Source of the DNA: an uncultured delta proteobacterium
GTDB taxonomy: Bacteria > Myxococcota_A > Polyangia > Palsa-1104
Assembly (NCBI GenBank): GCA_963785725.1
Contig: CAWAWS010000035.1
Coordinates: 1 to 64,000, forward strand
Length of the DNA: 64,000 bases
Direction of reading: 5' to 3'
The notes beneath the pieces are model-generated. The model had not been told where the DNA came from. It saw only the letters and a program-made list of their open reading frames with translations, and ran no database searches. Every line of letters starts with the position of its first letter. Position 1 is the first letter of the stretch. The position numbers were made by a program, and so were the translations under genes. This document shows, piece after piece, positions 36,574 to 49,389 of the stretch.

Positions 36574-37394
36574 CGCGGTCGGCGCTGCTCACGCTGGCGG
36601 CGCTGACGCTGGGCGGCTGTCGCGGCGCCGCGCGGAGAGCGCCGGCAGCGACGGCAGCCGCGGACGCGGCGCCGTGGTCGTGCGGCGGCGTGCACGGCGA
36701 GGCGCGAACGGCGCGCGCGCTCGGGCATGACGGACGCGTCAAGCTGGGTGCGATCGCCGATCTGCACGGCGACGTGGCCGAGGCAACCAAAGCGGCGGAC
36801 GTGCTGACCCGTGAGCACGTGGATGCGATCGTGGCGTTGGGCGATTTGGGCGCGAGCGAAGCCGAGATCGCGGGCGTCTTGACGGCGTTGGGCGCCGCGC
36901 AGCGGCCGCTGTTGGCGCTCGCCGGCGAGGCCGAGGCCGAGGATCGCTTTCATGCGGCCGTGAAGCGCGCGCGCGAAAAAGGCGTCGATATCGTCGATCT
37001 GGCGGATCTGCGCGTCGTCGATGCGGGCACGATCGAGATCGTGTCGGCGCCGGGATATCGCTATTCGCCGAACGGGCGCGGATGTCGTTACGGCGAGGCG
37101 GATTTGCAACAGCTGCGCGCGTTCGTCGGGCGGCCGAAGAAGCCGATCGTGCTCGTCGCGCATGCGCCGCCGCGCGACGACGGCGCCGCCGGGATCGACC
37201 GCGGCTTCGGCGACGCGAATATCGGCGATCCGGCGCTGCGCGAGCTGGCGACGGCGCTGTCGCCGGCGACGGCGTTGTGCGCGCACGTCGACGAGGCGGG
37301 CGGTCGCGCGCACGCGCCCTGGCTGAACATCGGCACGCGCGTCGCCGTCGTCGAAGTGGCGGGCGGACGCGCGACCTCGCGGGTGTTGCCGTGA
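36570..37394 (+). CDS. Calcineurin-like metallophosphoesterase-fold lipoprotein (degenerate motifs)
   Basis: LGGC lipobox, ADLHG, LGDL, HAPP. Confidence 0.7.
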   Translation: MTRSALLTLAALTLGGCRGAARRAPAATAAADAAPWSCGGVHGEARTARALGHDGRVKLGAIADLHGDVAEATKAADVLTREHVDAIVALGDLGASEAEIAGVLTALGAAQRPLLALAGEAEAEDRFHAAVKRAREKGVDIVDLADLRVVDAGTIEIVSAPGYRYSPNGRGCRYGEADLQQLRAFVGRPKKPIVLVAHAPPRDDGAAGIDRGFGDANIGDPALRELATALSPATALCAHVDEAGGRAHAPWLNIGTRVAVVEVAGGRATSRVLP

Positions 37395-39421
37395 TCGTGT
37401 GCCCGAGCTGCAAGATGGTCTACGACGACCACACGACGCGCTTTTGCGGGCGCTGCGGCTCGGATCTCGGTCACAGCCCGACGGCAACGACGGCGCAGAA
37501 TGTCATCGTCGATCCGATGATCGATCGCATCATCGACGGGCGTTATCGCGTGCTCCTGCGCATCGGGACGGGCGGGATGGGCGCCGTCTATAAAGTAGAA
37601 CACTTGGCGATGGGGAAGTTGGCGGCGATGAAGGTGCTGCACGCGTCGCTGACTGAAGATCGCGAAGTGGCGCAGCGCTTTCGGCGCGAGGCGGAGGCGG
37701 TGTCGCGCTTGTCGTCGCCGCATACGGTGCAGGTGTTCGACTTCGGTGAGTCGGCGCGCTCGAGCTATCTCGTGATGGAGCTCGTCAAAGGCGAGGATTT
37801 GGGCGCGATCTTGCGGCGCGATGGTCCGCTGCCGTTCGCGCGCCTGGCGCCGCTCATGATGCAGGTGTGCGACGCGCTGTCGGAGGCGCACGAGGCCGGC
37901 ATCGTCCATCGTGACCTGAAGCCGGAGAACCTGCTCGTGGCGCGCGCTCGCGACGGGCACGACATCGCCAAAGTGGTCGACTTCGGGCTGGCGAAGCTGC
38001 GCGATCGCGAGGAGCTGAACGCGGTCACGGCGCGCGGATCGCTCGTCGGCACGCCGTTTTACATGTCGCCGGAGCAGATTCGCGCGGAGGAATTGGATGC
38101 GCGCTCGGATCTGTATTCGCTGGGCGCGCTCATGTATCGCGTGCTGACCGGCGTGCATCCTTATACGGCGTCGACGCCGGTGGCGGTGTTGACGCAGCAC
38201 CTGACGGAGGAGCTGATCCCGCCGTCGAAGCGCAAGCCGGAGCTGCATATCGCGCCGCGCGTCGAGGCGATCATCATGCGCGCCATGGCCAAGCGACGCG
38301 ACGAGCGCTACGCCTCGGCCGACGCGCTCAAGCAGGCGCTGGCACAGGCGGCGTCGGCGGCGTCGCAGCGACTGCCGCTGCCGACGGGCGAGCAGCGACG
38401 GGCGGCCGACCACGACGAGCCGTCGGGCGTGACGCCGGTGGGCGCGGCGCAGCCGTTGCGACGCGAGGACTTCGACCAGTACGAGCGCGGCTTGAAGCGG
38501 CGGCGCTGGCTGGCGCTGTCGATCGTGCCGACGGCGCTCCTGGCGATGGCCGTGGCGGCGGTGCTGTATTCGCGCGCGACGACGACGGTGCAAGTGCGCG
38601 ACAACGAGCGCGAGCCCAACGACACGGCGGCGCAAGCGAACCCGATCGCCTCGGGACGGCCGATCAAGGGCCAGATCGGCAAGCGACTGTCACTCGAGGA
38701 GTCGGATCGTGACTTCTTCTCGTTCTCGGTGAGCGCGCCGTCGCTGTTGCGGGTGGAGCTGAGCGGCTTGCCGAACATGGAGCTGGTGCTCGAAGTGTTC
38801 GATGATCACGGCGCGAAGGTGGCCGAGGCCAACAACGGCGGCGTCGGCGACGGCGAGCTCGTCCCCAACTTGCGCGTCGACGCCGGCGAGCACTACATCG
38901 CCGTGCGCGAGGTGTGGGTCGCGGGCCAGCCGGCGACGGAGAACATCAGCGACGACTACACGTTGACGGCGACGTGGCAGCCGTTACCGGCGGGCGTCGA
39001 AGCCGAGCCCGACGACTCGCCCGACGAAGCCCTGACGATCGCGCCCGGCGGCGACATGCGCGGCTATCTCGGGCATGCCGAGGACGTCGACTATTATCGT
39101 GTCGCGCAAGGCGTTGGCGGTGGTGGGCCGTTCGTGGCCGAGGTCAGCGGCGTCGCCGGCGTCGAATTGCGCGTGACGCTGCTGCCGAAAGCGGCGACGT
39201 CGGGTCCGCCCAACGCGCTGCCGGCCGGCGCCAAAGTCGTCGACGGCGGCGGCGAAGGCAAGGGCGTGACGGTCGCCGGCGTGCAGCCGGGTCAGCTCTT
39301 GGTCGTCTCGCGCAAGCCGCCGGATGCGGGGTCGCGCAAAGCGTCAACGCGCAATAAAGACGCACGATTGGCCGCCGCTGTCGACACGCCATACCTGCTT
39401 TCGCTCAAGGTAAAGCCCTGA
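37391..39421 (+). CDS. Ser/Thr kinase with N-terminal zinc ribbon and extracellular PPC-like repeats
   Basis: CPSC...CGRC, GTGGMG, HRDLKPEN, DFG, TM, EREPNDT...DRDFF and EAEPDDS...DVDYY. Confidence 0.88.
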   Translation: MIVCPSCKMVYDDHTTRFCGRCGSDLGHSPTATTAQNVIVDPMIDRIIDGRYRVLLRIGTGGMGAVYKVEHLAMGKLAAMKVLHASLTEDREVAQRFRREAEAVSRLSSPHTVQVFDFGESARSSYLVMELVKGEDLGAILRRDGPLPFARLAPLMMQVCDALSEAHEAGIVHRDLKPENLLVARARDGHDIAKVVDFGLAKLRDREELNAVTARGSLVGTPFYMSPEQIRAEELDARSDLYSLGALMYRVLTGVHPYTASTPVAVLTQHLTEELIPPSKRKPELHIAPRVEAIIMRAMAKRRDERYASADALKQALAQAASAASQRLPLPTGEQRRAADHDEPSGVTPVGAAQPLRREDFDQYERGLKRRRWLALSIVPTALLAMAVAAVLYSRATTTVQVRDNEREPNDTAAQANPIASGRPIKGQIGKRLSLEESDRDFFSFSVSAPSLLRVELSGLPNMELVLEVFDDHGAKVAEANNGGVGDGELVPNLRVDAGEHYIAVREVWVAGQPATENISDDYTLTATWQPLPAGVEAEPDDSPDEALTIAPGGDMRGYLGHAEDVDYYRVAQGVGGGGPFVAEVSGVAGVELRVTLLPKAATSGPPNALPAGAKVVDGGGEGKGVTVAGVQPGQLLVVSRKPPDAGSRKASTRNKDARLAAAVDTPYLLSLKVKP

Positions 39422-39476
39422 GATTCGTGATATAGTCCGCAAACGGCCGGAGACTCGGCGGCCGCTTCGAGGGCTG

Positions 39477-40064
39477 ATGCGAGCGCGCGGATCGTCGCTA
39501 GTCGGAGTCCTATTGCTGTTCGGCTGCGCGCACGCTCCGCCGCCGCACGTGTCCGCCCCGCCGCCGCCACCGCTGGCGCGGACGAAGCTGGCCGTCTTGC
39601 CCGTCGACGCCGATCAGTTTCCGCTCGTCGCCGAGGCGCTCAACAAGGCGCTGCATGACGTGAAAGTGGCGGGCATCGACGACTACTTCTTGTCGAAGGT
39701 GGCGCTGGAAGTGGTGCAGCTGTCGATCGAGTGCGTGCAGGCGACGAGCGATTGCTATAAGGCCGCGGGCAAGTCGTTGGCGGCGAACAAGCTGCTCTTG
39801 GCGCACATCGTGGCGCTCGGTAAACGCAAGAAGGACAAGACGATACGCGTGACGGTCACGCTGTTCGACGTGGACGCGGGCGAGGCGACGAACGTGGTCG
39901 ATCGCATCTATCGCACGCCGGAGGCCGCGTCGGAAGGCGCCGGCGATCTCGTCGCCGAGGCCGCGGAGGCGCCGCCGAAGCCGTTCGGGCCCGATCCGGA
40001 GACGCCGAACGCGCCGGCGTCGTCGAGCAAGCAGCCGTCGATGGCGCGCGGAGGCAAGCCGTGA
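39477..40064 (+). CDS. Hypothetical lipoprotein
   Basis: LFGC lipobox and GC-biased codons; its stop overlaps the next start. Confidence 0.65.
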   Translation: MRARGSSLVGVLLLFGCAHAPPPHVSAPPPPPLARTKLAVLPVDADQFPLVAEALNKALHDVKVAGIDDYFLSKVALEVVQLSIECVQATSDCYKAAGKSLAANKLLLAHIVALGKRKKDKTIRVTVTLFDVDAGEATNVVDRIYRTPEAASEGAGDLVAEAAEAPPKPFGPDPETPNAPASSSKQPSMARGGKP

Positions 40065-42435
40065 GCGCCGCGGTTTGCCCGACGTGTAATCGGCCGTTGC
40101 CGGCGTCGGTGACGAGTGGGCAGTCGCAAGCGGTGGTGCGCTGCGAGGGTTGCCAGACGCTGCTCTTGTGGTCGAACGGGCGGGTCATGCGCAGCGCGCG
40201 CGCGTCGACACCGACGATGATGGGGCTGCCGGTGACGCCGGCGGGCGCGCCCAAGCGCGAAGCAGATGCGCCGTTGCCGTCGCTGTTGCCGGAGGGCGAT
40301 TCGGTGCGCAATGTCGTGCCGGCGATGCGGCCGGCGACGCCGGTGCCGCCCGGCATGAAGCCGGCGGCCGCGCCGGCGCCGGCGGCGCGAACGGCGACGC
40401 AGCCGCGCGTGCCGGCCGTGCTGCCGAAGCCGGCGCCGGCGGCGCCGGCCGACAAGACAACGGCGCCGGTTGCGCCGGCACGTCGTGATCCGACGCCGGC
40501 ACCACCTGCCGCGGCGAAGCCGACGGCGCCGACGGCACCGGCGCGTCGCGATCCGACGCCGGCGCCGCCGTCGACCGTGAAGCGCGACGGCACCGGCGCG
40601 TCGCGATCCGACGCCGGCGCCGCCGGCGAGCCAAGCCGACGGCGCCGACGGCACCGGTGCGTCGCGATCCGACGCCGGCGCCGCCGGCAGCCAAGCCGAC
40701 GGCACCGGTGCGGCGCGATGCAACGCTTCCGCCGCCGGCGATGAAGAGCTCGCCGTCGCAGGCCAATCGACTGGCGGGCGCGGCACCGACGGCGCCGAAA
40801 GCGGATACGCCGTCGCAGCGGCTGGCGACGCCGAGCGAGGACAAGCCGATCGTCGTCGCCGCCGTCGCCGAGGTGCCGACGATGGCGGGCGGACCGATGG
40901 TCGATCCGTCGGCCTGGTTCGCGGAGTCGACGAGCGATGTCGTGCCGCCCGAGCGCTTGCCGCCGCTGCCGGCCGGGTTGGGGCAGCCGGCCGCGGCGCC
41001 GTTCGAGATCGAGGCGCCCAACGAGTTCGATGCGTCGCTGACGCCGACTTCGGGGACGATCGCCGCGCGCTTGCCCGATCCCGAGCCCGCGCCGGCGCCA
41101 CCACCGAAACGAGCGGCGGCGAACATTCGCGGCGCGACACCGACGGGCACGGCCAGGGCGAACGCGCCGGCGACGACCGCCGAGCCGGCAGCGCCGAGCG
41201 CGACCGGCCGTACAAGCGACAGCAAGCTCGGACTGGCCAACGTGCCGACGCTGCTGCCGGAGGGATCGGACTCGGCGCGCATCGAGGTGATGCAGGATAC
41301 GCCGACGGTGAAAGGCAAGGCCGCGGCGGAGGCGGCGACGCGCGCGGCGAGCGAGCCGTCGCCACGGAACACCGTCGCGCCGGCGCAGTCGTCGCCGCGC
41401 AATCCCGTCGTGCCCGCCGCGCAGTCGTCGCCGCGCAATCCCGTCGTGGCCGCCGCGCAGTCGTCGCCGCGCAATCCCGTCGTGCCGGCGCGTGCGCCGG
41501 AGCCGTCGCCGCGCAATGTCGTGACCCCGGCGAAGCGGCCGGAGCCAGCCGCGGCGCCTGACGACGACGACGCGTTTTCATTCGACACCACCGACGAGCC
41601 CGCGGCGCCGAAGCCGGTCGCGTTCGAGGGCTCGGTGCCGGCGCTGCCGCCGCCGCCCGAGCATTCCGTCGACAGCGTGCCGCGCGCGCTGCGCGACGAC
41701 GCCGCCGAGGCGACACGACCGCTCGTGCGCGACGAGAAGACGGCGCGACGGAAGCGCCTCATCCTCATCGCCGCGCCGTCGCTGCTGGCGCTGCTGGTGC
41801 TAGTCTCGCTGGCGCTTCGCGGGCCGAGCGGCAAAGGCAAGACGGTCGCGCCGCCCGTCGCGCCGCCGCCCGTCGTCGCCGCGCCCGCGCAGCCGCAATC
41901 ACCGCCGCCCGCCGCGCCGACACCGACACCGACCGCGCCCGTCGCGCCGACGCCGCCGCCACCGACGGTCGCGCCGCCCGTCGCGGCCGAGCCCAGCGCG
42001 CCGCCTGCCGTCGCCGAGGCGCCCGCGCCCGACGCACCCAAGCCGCACCTGCGACGCACGCTCGGCGGCAAAAAGGTCGTGCTCGAATACGATCCCAAGC
42101 CGACGAGCGTCACCGCGCCCGCTCCGACCGCGCCGACACCGATGGGCGAGGATCCAAACGTCGTCGCCCGCGCCCGCGAGGCTTACCATCGCGGCAACAA
42201 CAAGCTCTTCGCCGGCGAGACCGCGGCCGCGCTCGAGCTCTACCGCGAGTCGATCAAGATCTATCCCGGTTATGTCGCCGGTTATCGCGGGCTCGGGCTC
42301 GGTTATGAAGCGGCTGGCAACATTCCCGAGGCGCTGAAGGCGTTTCACACGTACGTGCGCACCGTGCCCAGCGCGGTCGATACGGCGATCATTCGCAAGC
42401 GCATCGATCGCCTGGAAGCGCTGCCGCGCAAATAG
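40061..42435 (+). CDS. Zinc-finger / Pro-rich repeat / TM / TPR protein (two +1 frameshifts near 40584 and 40627)
   Basis: CPTC...CEGC N-terminus, repeats, TM, C-terminal TPR. The repeat units reveal the extra G bases. Confidence 0.65.
40470..40720 (+). repeat. Coding repeats (APARRDPTPAPPAAKPT-like)
   Basis: GCACCGG.GCGTCGCGATCCGACGCCGGC recurs about 4-5 times. Confidence 0.8.
41355..41522 (+). repeat. 36-bp coding repeats (QSSPRNPVVPAA-like)
   Basis: GCGCAGTCGTCGCCGCGCAATCCCGTCGTG three times plus two degenerate copies. Confidence 0.85.
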
Positions 42436-42444
42436 CTACTGCGG

Positions 42445-42598
42445 CAACTAAACAGTGTCGCGTGGGTTGAGAGACAAGCGAAAGACAAGGACGGGGCGAG
42501 GAGCCGGCGCAGCATACGTTTTGGTATGTGAGCAGGCACCGCAGCGCCGGACGCTGGATCTCGCGATGGATCACAAGCCACGCGAGACTGTTTAGTTG
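42445..42598. mobile_element. MITE/REP-like palindromic element
   Basis: ~25-bp terminal inverted repeats CAACTAAACAGTGTCGCGTGG / CCACGCGAGACTGTTTAGTTG with a central CATAC...GTATG hairpin. Confidence 0.65.
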
Positions 42599-42780
42599 GG
42601 GCCTTCTTCTTCGAGCTCGCGGGTGAAGATGACGAACGCCATCGACGGGCGCTTCGAGGACTCGCGCATCGCGAACTGAAAGCCTTCGAAGGCCCAGCCC
42701 GACTCGGTCCACTCGTTGACGATGCGCTCGAGCTCTTCGTCGGTCACCGTCGAGGTCTCTACGATTTTATATTGAATCAT
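42592..42780 (-). CDS. Small DUF4177-like hypothetical protein
   Basis: MIQYKIVETS...LERIVNEWTESGW; its ATG overlaps the corrected hemB stop (ATGA). Confidence 0.6.
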   Translation of the reverse strand: MIQYKIVETSTVTDEELERIVNEWTESGWAFEGFQFAMRESSKRPSMAFVIFTRELEEEGPN

Positions 42781-43755
42781 CCGCGCTGGAGGAGCTTGGC
42801 CGCTTCGAGGGCGTGATAGGTGAGGATCATGTCGGCGCCGGCGCGCTTGATCGACGTCAAGCGTCTCGAGGACGGCGCGATCGTGGTCGATCCAGCCGTT
42901 GGCGGCGGCCGCTTTGAGCATCGCGTACTCGCCGGAGACGTTGTAGGCGGCGACGGGCAGATCGATCTCGTCGCGCACGCGCGCGATGACGTCGAGGTAC
43001 GCGAGCGCCGGCTTGACCATGATGATGTCGGCGCCTTCGGCGACGTCCATCGTCACTTCGCGGATGGCTTCGTGGCCGTTGGCGGGATCCATCTGGTAGC
43101 TCTTGCGATCGCCGAAGTCGGCCGCGGTGCCGGCGGCCTCGCGGAACGGGCCGTAAAAACAGGACGCGTATTTGGCCGAGTAGGCCATGATCGGCAGCTG
43201 CTCGAAGCCGTCTTCGTCGAGCGACTCGCGCAGCCAGCCGACGTAGCCGTCCATCATGCCCGACGGCGCGATGATGTCGGCGCCGGCGCGGCCTTGCGAC
43301 AGCACGACGCGGCTCAAGTTCTCGAGCGTGGCGTCGTTGTCGACTTCGCCTTCGACGACGACGCCGCAGTGGCCGTGCGTCGTGTACTCGTCGAAGCAGG
43401 CGTCGAGGATGACGGTGAGCTTGGGGCACGCTTTTTTGATGGCGCGCGTCGCCTGCTGCACGAGGCCGTCGTCGTTCCAGGCCTCGGAGCCGACGGCGTC
43501 CTTCTTGTCGGGCACGCCGAACAGGATGACCGCGGGAACGCCCAGCGCGACGCACTTTTGCGCCTCGATGACCGCTTCGTCGACGGAGACTTGCGACTGG
43601 CCGGGCAACGACGCGATCGGCTTGCGCTGGCCTTTGCCGGGGATGATGAACAGCGGCAGGATGAAGTCGCCGGCGTCGAGCTGCGTCTCACGAACCAGGC
43701 GGCGCAGCGACTCCGAACGACGCATGCGGCGCGGACGATATTCGGGGAATTGCAT
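42777..43755 (-). CDS. hemB: Porphobilinogen synthase (+1 frameshift near 42860)
   Basis: RPRRMR, HGHCG, APSGMMDG, YGPFRE, MVKPAL, YNVSGEY; SIKRAGADMILTY lies in the shifted frame. Confidence 0.93.
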
Positions 43756-43766
43756 GACGAAAGAGG

Positions 43767-45221
43767 CTACTCCAACTTCGCTACGGCGTCGATGAGCGCC
43801 GGCAGATCGGGCGTCGCCGCGGTGACGATTGTGGGGAGGCCGAGCTCGCGCAACGCGGCGGCCGTCGTGTCGCCGATGGCGCCGAGCCGCACGTTCTCGA
43901 GCGCCGCTTTGCCCGCGAGGTCGACGAACGCGCGCGCGCCGCGCGGCGACGTGAACGCGATGGCGTCGAACGGGCGCACGCGATGCTCCTTGAGCGCGGC
44001 GGCGAGCGCGGCGTCGTCGCGCACGCTGTCATAGGCGGCGACGGCGTCGACGCGCCAGCCGGCGGCGATGAGCGCGTCGGCGAGCTCGGGACGGCCGTCG
44101 TCGGCGCCGAAGAGCAACGCCGGCCCGCCCGCGCCGCCGTCGACGAGCGCGTGCGCCAGCGCCGCGCCGCCGGCGTCACCGACGAAATCGGCGCGCAGCC
44201 CGCGTCCGGCCAAGCGTTCGGCGGTCGCGGCGCCGACGGCCGCCAGCTGCACGCCGGCAAACGCGCGCGCGTCGCGACCGAGCGCGGCCAGCGCGCCCGC
44301 GACGGAGTCGACCGCGTGGGCGCTGGCGAACGCGAGCGTGCGCACGCCGTCGAGCCGACCGAGCGCGGCCTTGACGTCGGCGAAGCGCGGCACGATCGTC
44401 AGCGGCGACACGACGCGCACGTCGAGCTCGGGACGCGTATTGGGCGCCGCTTTCGTCGTCAGCAGCAAGATGCGCCGCCGCTGCTCGAACCAGCTGATCC
44501 GCTGCCGCAAATTGACGACGGGACCGATGATCGTCAAGGCCGGCGGCTGCACGTCGGCGGCGCGCGCGATGGCCGCGATGGTGCCGATGGTGCCGGTGAT
44601 GACGCGCTGTCGCGCCGTCGTGCCGCGCTCGACGAGCGCCACCGGCTCCGACGCCGCGCGCCCGGCGGCCACGAGCCGCGCCATGACCGCATCCAACCGC
44701 GAGACGCTCATATAAAGGACGAGCGTGCCGGCGGCGTGCGCCAGCTCCGACCAGGCGATGGCGCCCGAGTCTTTGTCTTCCGTCTCCTGCCCGGTGGCGA
44801 ACGCGACGGCGCCGGCCAGGCCACGATGCGTGAGCGGAATGCCGGCATAGGCCGGCGCAGCGACGGCGGCGGTGACGCCGGGAACGACCGCGAACGGAAT
44901 GCCTGCGGCGACTAGGGCTTCCGCTTCTTCGCCGCCGCGACCGAAGACGAAGGGATCGCCGCCTTTGAGGCGCACGACGATCTGCCCGCGCAGGCCACGG
45001 TCGACCAGGAGACGATTGATCTCGTCCTGATCGAGGCCGTCGCGGCGCGCCGGGCGGACGATCAGCTCGGCCGTCGCCGGCGCGTGGCGCGCCAGGATCT
45101 CGGGCGCGACCAGGCGATCGGCGACGATGACCTCGGCGCGCGCCAGGCATTCCACGGCGCGCAACGTAATGAGACCGGGATCTCCTGGCCCGGCACCGAC
45201 GAGATAAACAAATCCTGGCAC
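43767..45221 (-). CDS. cobA: Uroporphyrinogen-III C-methyltransferase / uroporphyrinogen-III synthase fusion
   Basis: VGAGPGDPGLIT, RLKGGDPFVFGRGGEE, C-terminal HemD (FTSP, AIGDTTA). Confidence 0.9.
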   Translation of the reverse strand: MPGFVYLVGAGPGDPGLITLRAVECLARAEVIVADRLVAPEILARHAPATAELIVRPARRDGLDQDEINRLLVDRGLRGQIVVRLKGGDPFVFGRGGEEAEALVAAGIPFAVVPGVTAAVAAPAYAGIPLTHRGLAGAVAFATGQETEDKDSGAIAWSELAHAAGTLVLYMSVSRLDAVMARLVAAGRAASEPVALVERGTTARQRVITGTIGTIAAIARAADVQPPALTIIGPVVNLRQRISWFEQRRRILLLTTKAAPNTRPELDVRVVSPLTIVPRFADVKAALGRLDGVRTLAFASAHAVDSVAGALAALGRDARAFAGVQLAAVGAATAERLAGRGLRADFVGDAGGAALAHALVDGGAGGPALLFGADDGRPELADALIAAGWRVDAVAAYDSVRDDAALAAALKEHRVRPFDAIAFTSPRGARAFVDLAGKAALENVRLGAIGDTTAAALRELGLPTIVTAATPDLPALIDAVAKLE

Positions 45222-45241
45222 TTTCCTGGTATACCATCGCC

Positions 45242-45688
45242 GTGAAAATGGTGTTGTTCGCGGTCATGCTCGCCGCCGCCGGCTGTCGTCAAACTCAGCC
45301 TCGGCAGCAAGGCAGCGAGCCCGAAGTCATCCTCTCGACGCGCGCCGGCGAACAGCATGTTCGCGTCGAGGTCGCGCGCACCGACGACGAGCGCCATCTC
45401 GGGCTCATGTATCGCCAGTCGCTCGAAGGCGGCCGCGGCATGATCTTTTTGTGGGATCATCCGGAGCCGATGAAGTTTTGGATGAAGAACACCTATATCC
45501 CGCTGGACATGGTGTTCATCAACGCCGATAAGCACGTCATCTTCATCGAGGAGAACGCCGAGCCGCTGACGCTGCAGACGCGTGGCCCCGACGAGGATTC
45601 GCAGTTCGTCTTGGAAGTGCCGGGAGGCTGGGCGCGTGCGCACGGCATCGAGCGCGGCACGTCCGTTCGCTTCAAGGATATCGACTAG
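45242..45688 (+). CDS. DUF192 family lipoprotein
   Basis: VEVA...GLMYR...GMIF...[15 protein letters not shown]...VLEV. Confidence 0.9.
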   Translation: MKMVLFAVMLAAAGCRQTQPRQQGSEPEVILSTRAGEQHVRVEVARTDDERHLGLMYRQSLEGGRGMIFLWDHPEPMKFWMKNTYIPLDMVFINADKHVIFIEENAEPLTLQTRGPDEDSQFVLEVPGGWARAHGIERGTSVRFKDID

Positions 45689-45701
45689 TGACTGGAGGAG
45701 A

Positions 45702-46433
45702 ATGATGCGCACCGCAATCGTAGTTGCTCTTGCAAGCCTGAGCGCGCCCGCGTTCGCCGATACGGCGGCCGGCGGCGCCGATCCCATTGCCGGCGGTACC
45801 ATCTCGATCGAGGACGCCACCAAGGGCTTGAAGGGCACCGGCCCGCTGACGGCGAAGATCGATGTCGAGCAGTCGGGCAAGGCGCTCGGCAGCTTCAGCT
45901 GCGAATTGTTCGACAAGCAGACGCCGAAGACGGTGGCCAACTTCGTCGGCCTCGCGCGCGGCACGCGTCCGTGGAAAGATCCGAAGACGCAGGAGTGGGT
46001 CAAGAAGCCGCTCTACGACGGCCTCGTCTTCCACCGCGTCATCCCCGAGTTCATGATTCAGGGCGGCGATCCCAAGGGTGACGGCACCGGCGATCCCGGC
46101 TACTCGTTCGGCGACGAGATCGTCGACGAGCTGAAGATGGACAAGGGCGGCATCTTGGCGATGGCCAACCGCGGTCCCGGCACCAACGGCTCGCAGTTCT
46201 TCATCACCGAGAAGCCGACGCCGTGGCTGACCGGTCGCCACACGATCTTCGGGCAGTGCACGCCGCTCGATCTCGAGATGAAGATCGCGCGCGTGCCGTC
46301 GTCGCCGCGGGGCAACGTGCCGAACGAGCCGGTCAAGATCAAGAAGATCACCATCACGCGCGGCGCGGCCAAGGCGGCGACGAAGACGGCCAAGGCGCCC
46401 AAAGCGGCGAAGCCGGCGGCGGCGACGGAATAA
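45702..46433 (+). CDS. Cyclophilin-type peptidyl-prolyl isomerase, secreted
   Basis: [44 protein letters not shown]. Confidence 0.93.
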   Translation: MMRTAIVVALASLSAPAFADTAAGGADPIAGGTISIEDATKGLKGTGPLTAKIDVEQSGKALGSFSCELFDKQTPKTVANFVGLARGTRPWKDPKTQEWVKKPLYDGLVFHRVIPEFMIQGGDPKGDGTGDPGYSFGDEIVDELKMDKGGILAMANRGPGTNGSQFFITEKPTPWLTGRHTIFGQCTPLDLEMKIARVPSSPRGNVPNEPVKIKKITITRGAAKAATKTAKAPKAAKPAAATE

Positions 46434-46954
46434 TGCGCGTCCGGCTCTTCGTAGCGGCGGCGACTTTGGCGGCGGCGTTCGGCGCCGGCGCCGAGGAGCC
46501 GAAGCGCTACGAAGGGCCGTATTTCACCTTCGATTACCCGGCGAGCGCCAAAGCGACGCCGTCGAGCGATCCGACGGCCGAAGGCGCCGTCACCGTTAGT
46601 GATAGAAATATCACCGCGGTCGTGTTGGCCGGGCAAAAGCGCATCGCCGACAGCGAGCTCGAGGCGACGGCGTCGACGTGGCACGCGGCGCGGATGAAAA
46701 ATCGCGCCGCGTGGGGCGTCAAAGCCGGCGGCGGCCCGCCGCACGACAACGTGCGCATCGGCGACAAGAGGTGGATGCGCTGGCGCGATCGCCTCGGCAG
46801 CGTGCTCGGCGCGCAAGAGCAGTCGATGACCTGCGGCGGCATCAACGGCCATCTCGGCTGCGTCCTCGTGACGGCGCCGGAAGCCGAACGCGAGGCCGGC
46901 GATGCTTATGCCGCCGAGCTCCTCAAGTCGTTCGTCATTCATCGCCCGCGTTGA
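46433..46954 (+). CDS. Hypothetical secreted protein
   Basis: TAATG overlap with the PPIase stop; signal peptide. Confidence 0.6.
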   Translation: MRVRLFVAAATLAAAFGAGAEEPKRYEGPYFTFDYPASAKATPSSDPTAEGAVTVSDRNITAVVLAGQKRIADSELEATASTWHAARMKNRAAWGVKAGGGPPHDNVRIGDKRWMRWRDRLGSVLGAQEQSMTCGGINGHLGCVLVTAPEAEREAGDAYAAELLKSFVIHRPR

Positions 46955-46994
46955 CGTCGCGGACTTCACGCTGAACGCTTACGGCGACTAAGGA

Positions 46995-47540
46995 TTACGA
47001 CTCGTCTTTGTCGTGATCCTTCTCGTGCTTCTTCTTGTCGTCTTTGTCTTTATGCCGCTTGAACGACATGCGTCCGACTTTGATGTCCGACTTCACGCCG
47101 CCGATCGCCTCGTCGTTGGGGATGAAGCGAATCTCGGTCTTGATCTCGAACGACAACGACGTCAGCAGCTTCTGCATTTCGCCGGAGATGTTGACGCTCT
47201 CCAAGAAGCCGCGGATCTCTTTGCCGACGACGCGCAACAGCTCGTCCTTCGACGACGCCGCCTGCTGGATCAGATAATTCGCGACATCTTTGGGCAGCTT
47301 CAGATCGGACGCGAGCTTGCGAATGCCCTCTTCCGTCGTGAACACGGCGCCGAGCCCGGCGTAAAACGTGCGCCGCACGATGTCGGGGATGAGGTTCTCG
47401 AGCCGCCCGCGGCGCGCTTCGGAGTGCGGCAGATCTTCCGCGTGCGGCGACGCCTGGCGCGCGTCGTCGTCGAGCGGCGGAACCTCGGACTCTCGCGGCG
47501 CCTCCTCGTCGGAGCGCGGCTGATCGTCGCCGTTGGACAT
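46995..47540 (-). CDS. Hypothetical protein, possibly phasin-like
   Basis: RRTFYAGLGAVFTTEE amphipathic helical region and a charged tail. Confidence 0.6.
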   Translation of the reverse strand: MSNGDDQPRSDEEAPRESEVPPLDDDARQASPHAEDLPHSEARRGRLENLIPDIVRRTFYAGLGAVFTTEEGIRKLASDLKLPKDVANYLIQQAASSKDELLRVVGKEIRGFLESVNISGEMQKLLTSLSFEIKTEIRFIPNDEAIGGVKSDIKVGRMSFKRHKDKDDKKKHEKDHDKDES

Positions 47541-47587
47541 GTCGTCGACATTACCGCAATTCCGAGTCGATGTTAGAATTTCGCCCG

Positions 47588-49339
<1,752 letters not shown>

Positions 49340-49389
49340 CGCCGCCATAACCGATATTATAATTTACGATTGATAACGAGTTTCGCGGA

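Noticed and set aside
42592..43755. HemB fused to a small C-terminal protein (387-aa track ORF)
   Set aside because: Artefact of the extra base near 42860; the normal HemB C-terminus and stop are in the adjacent frame.
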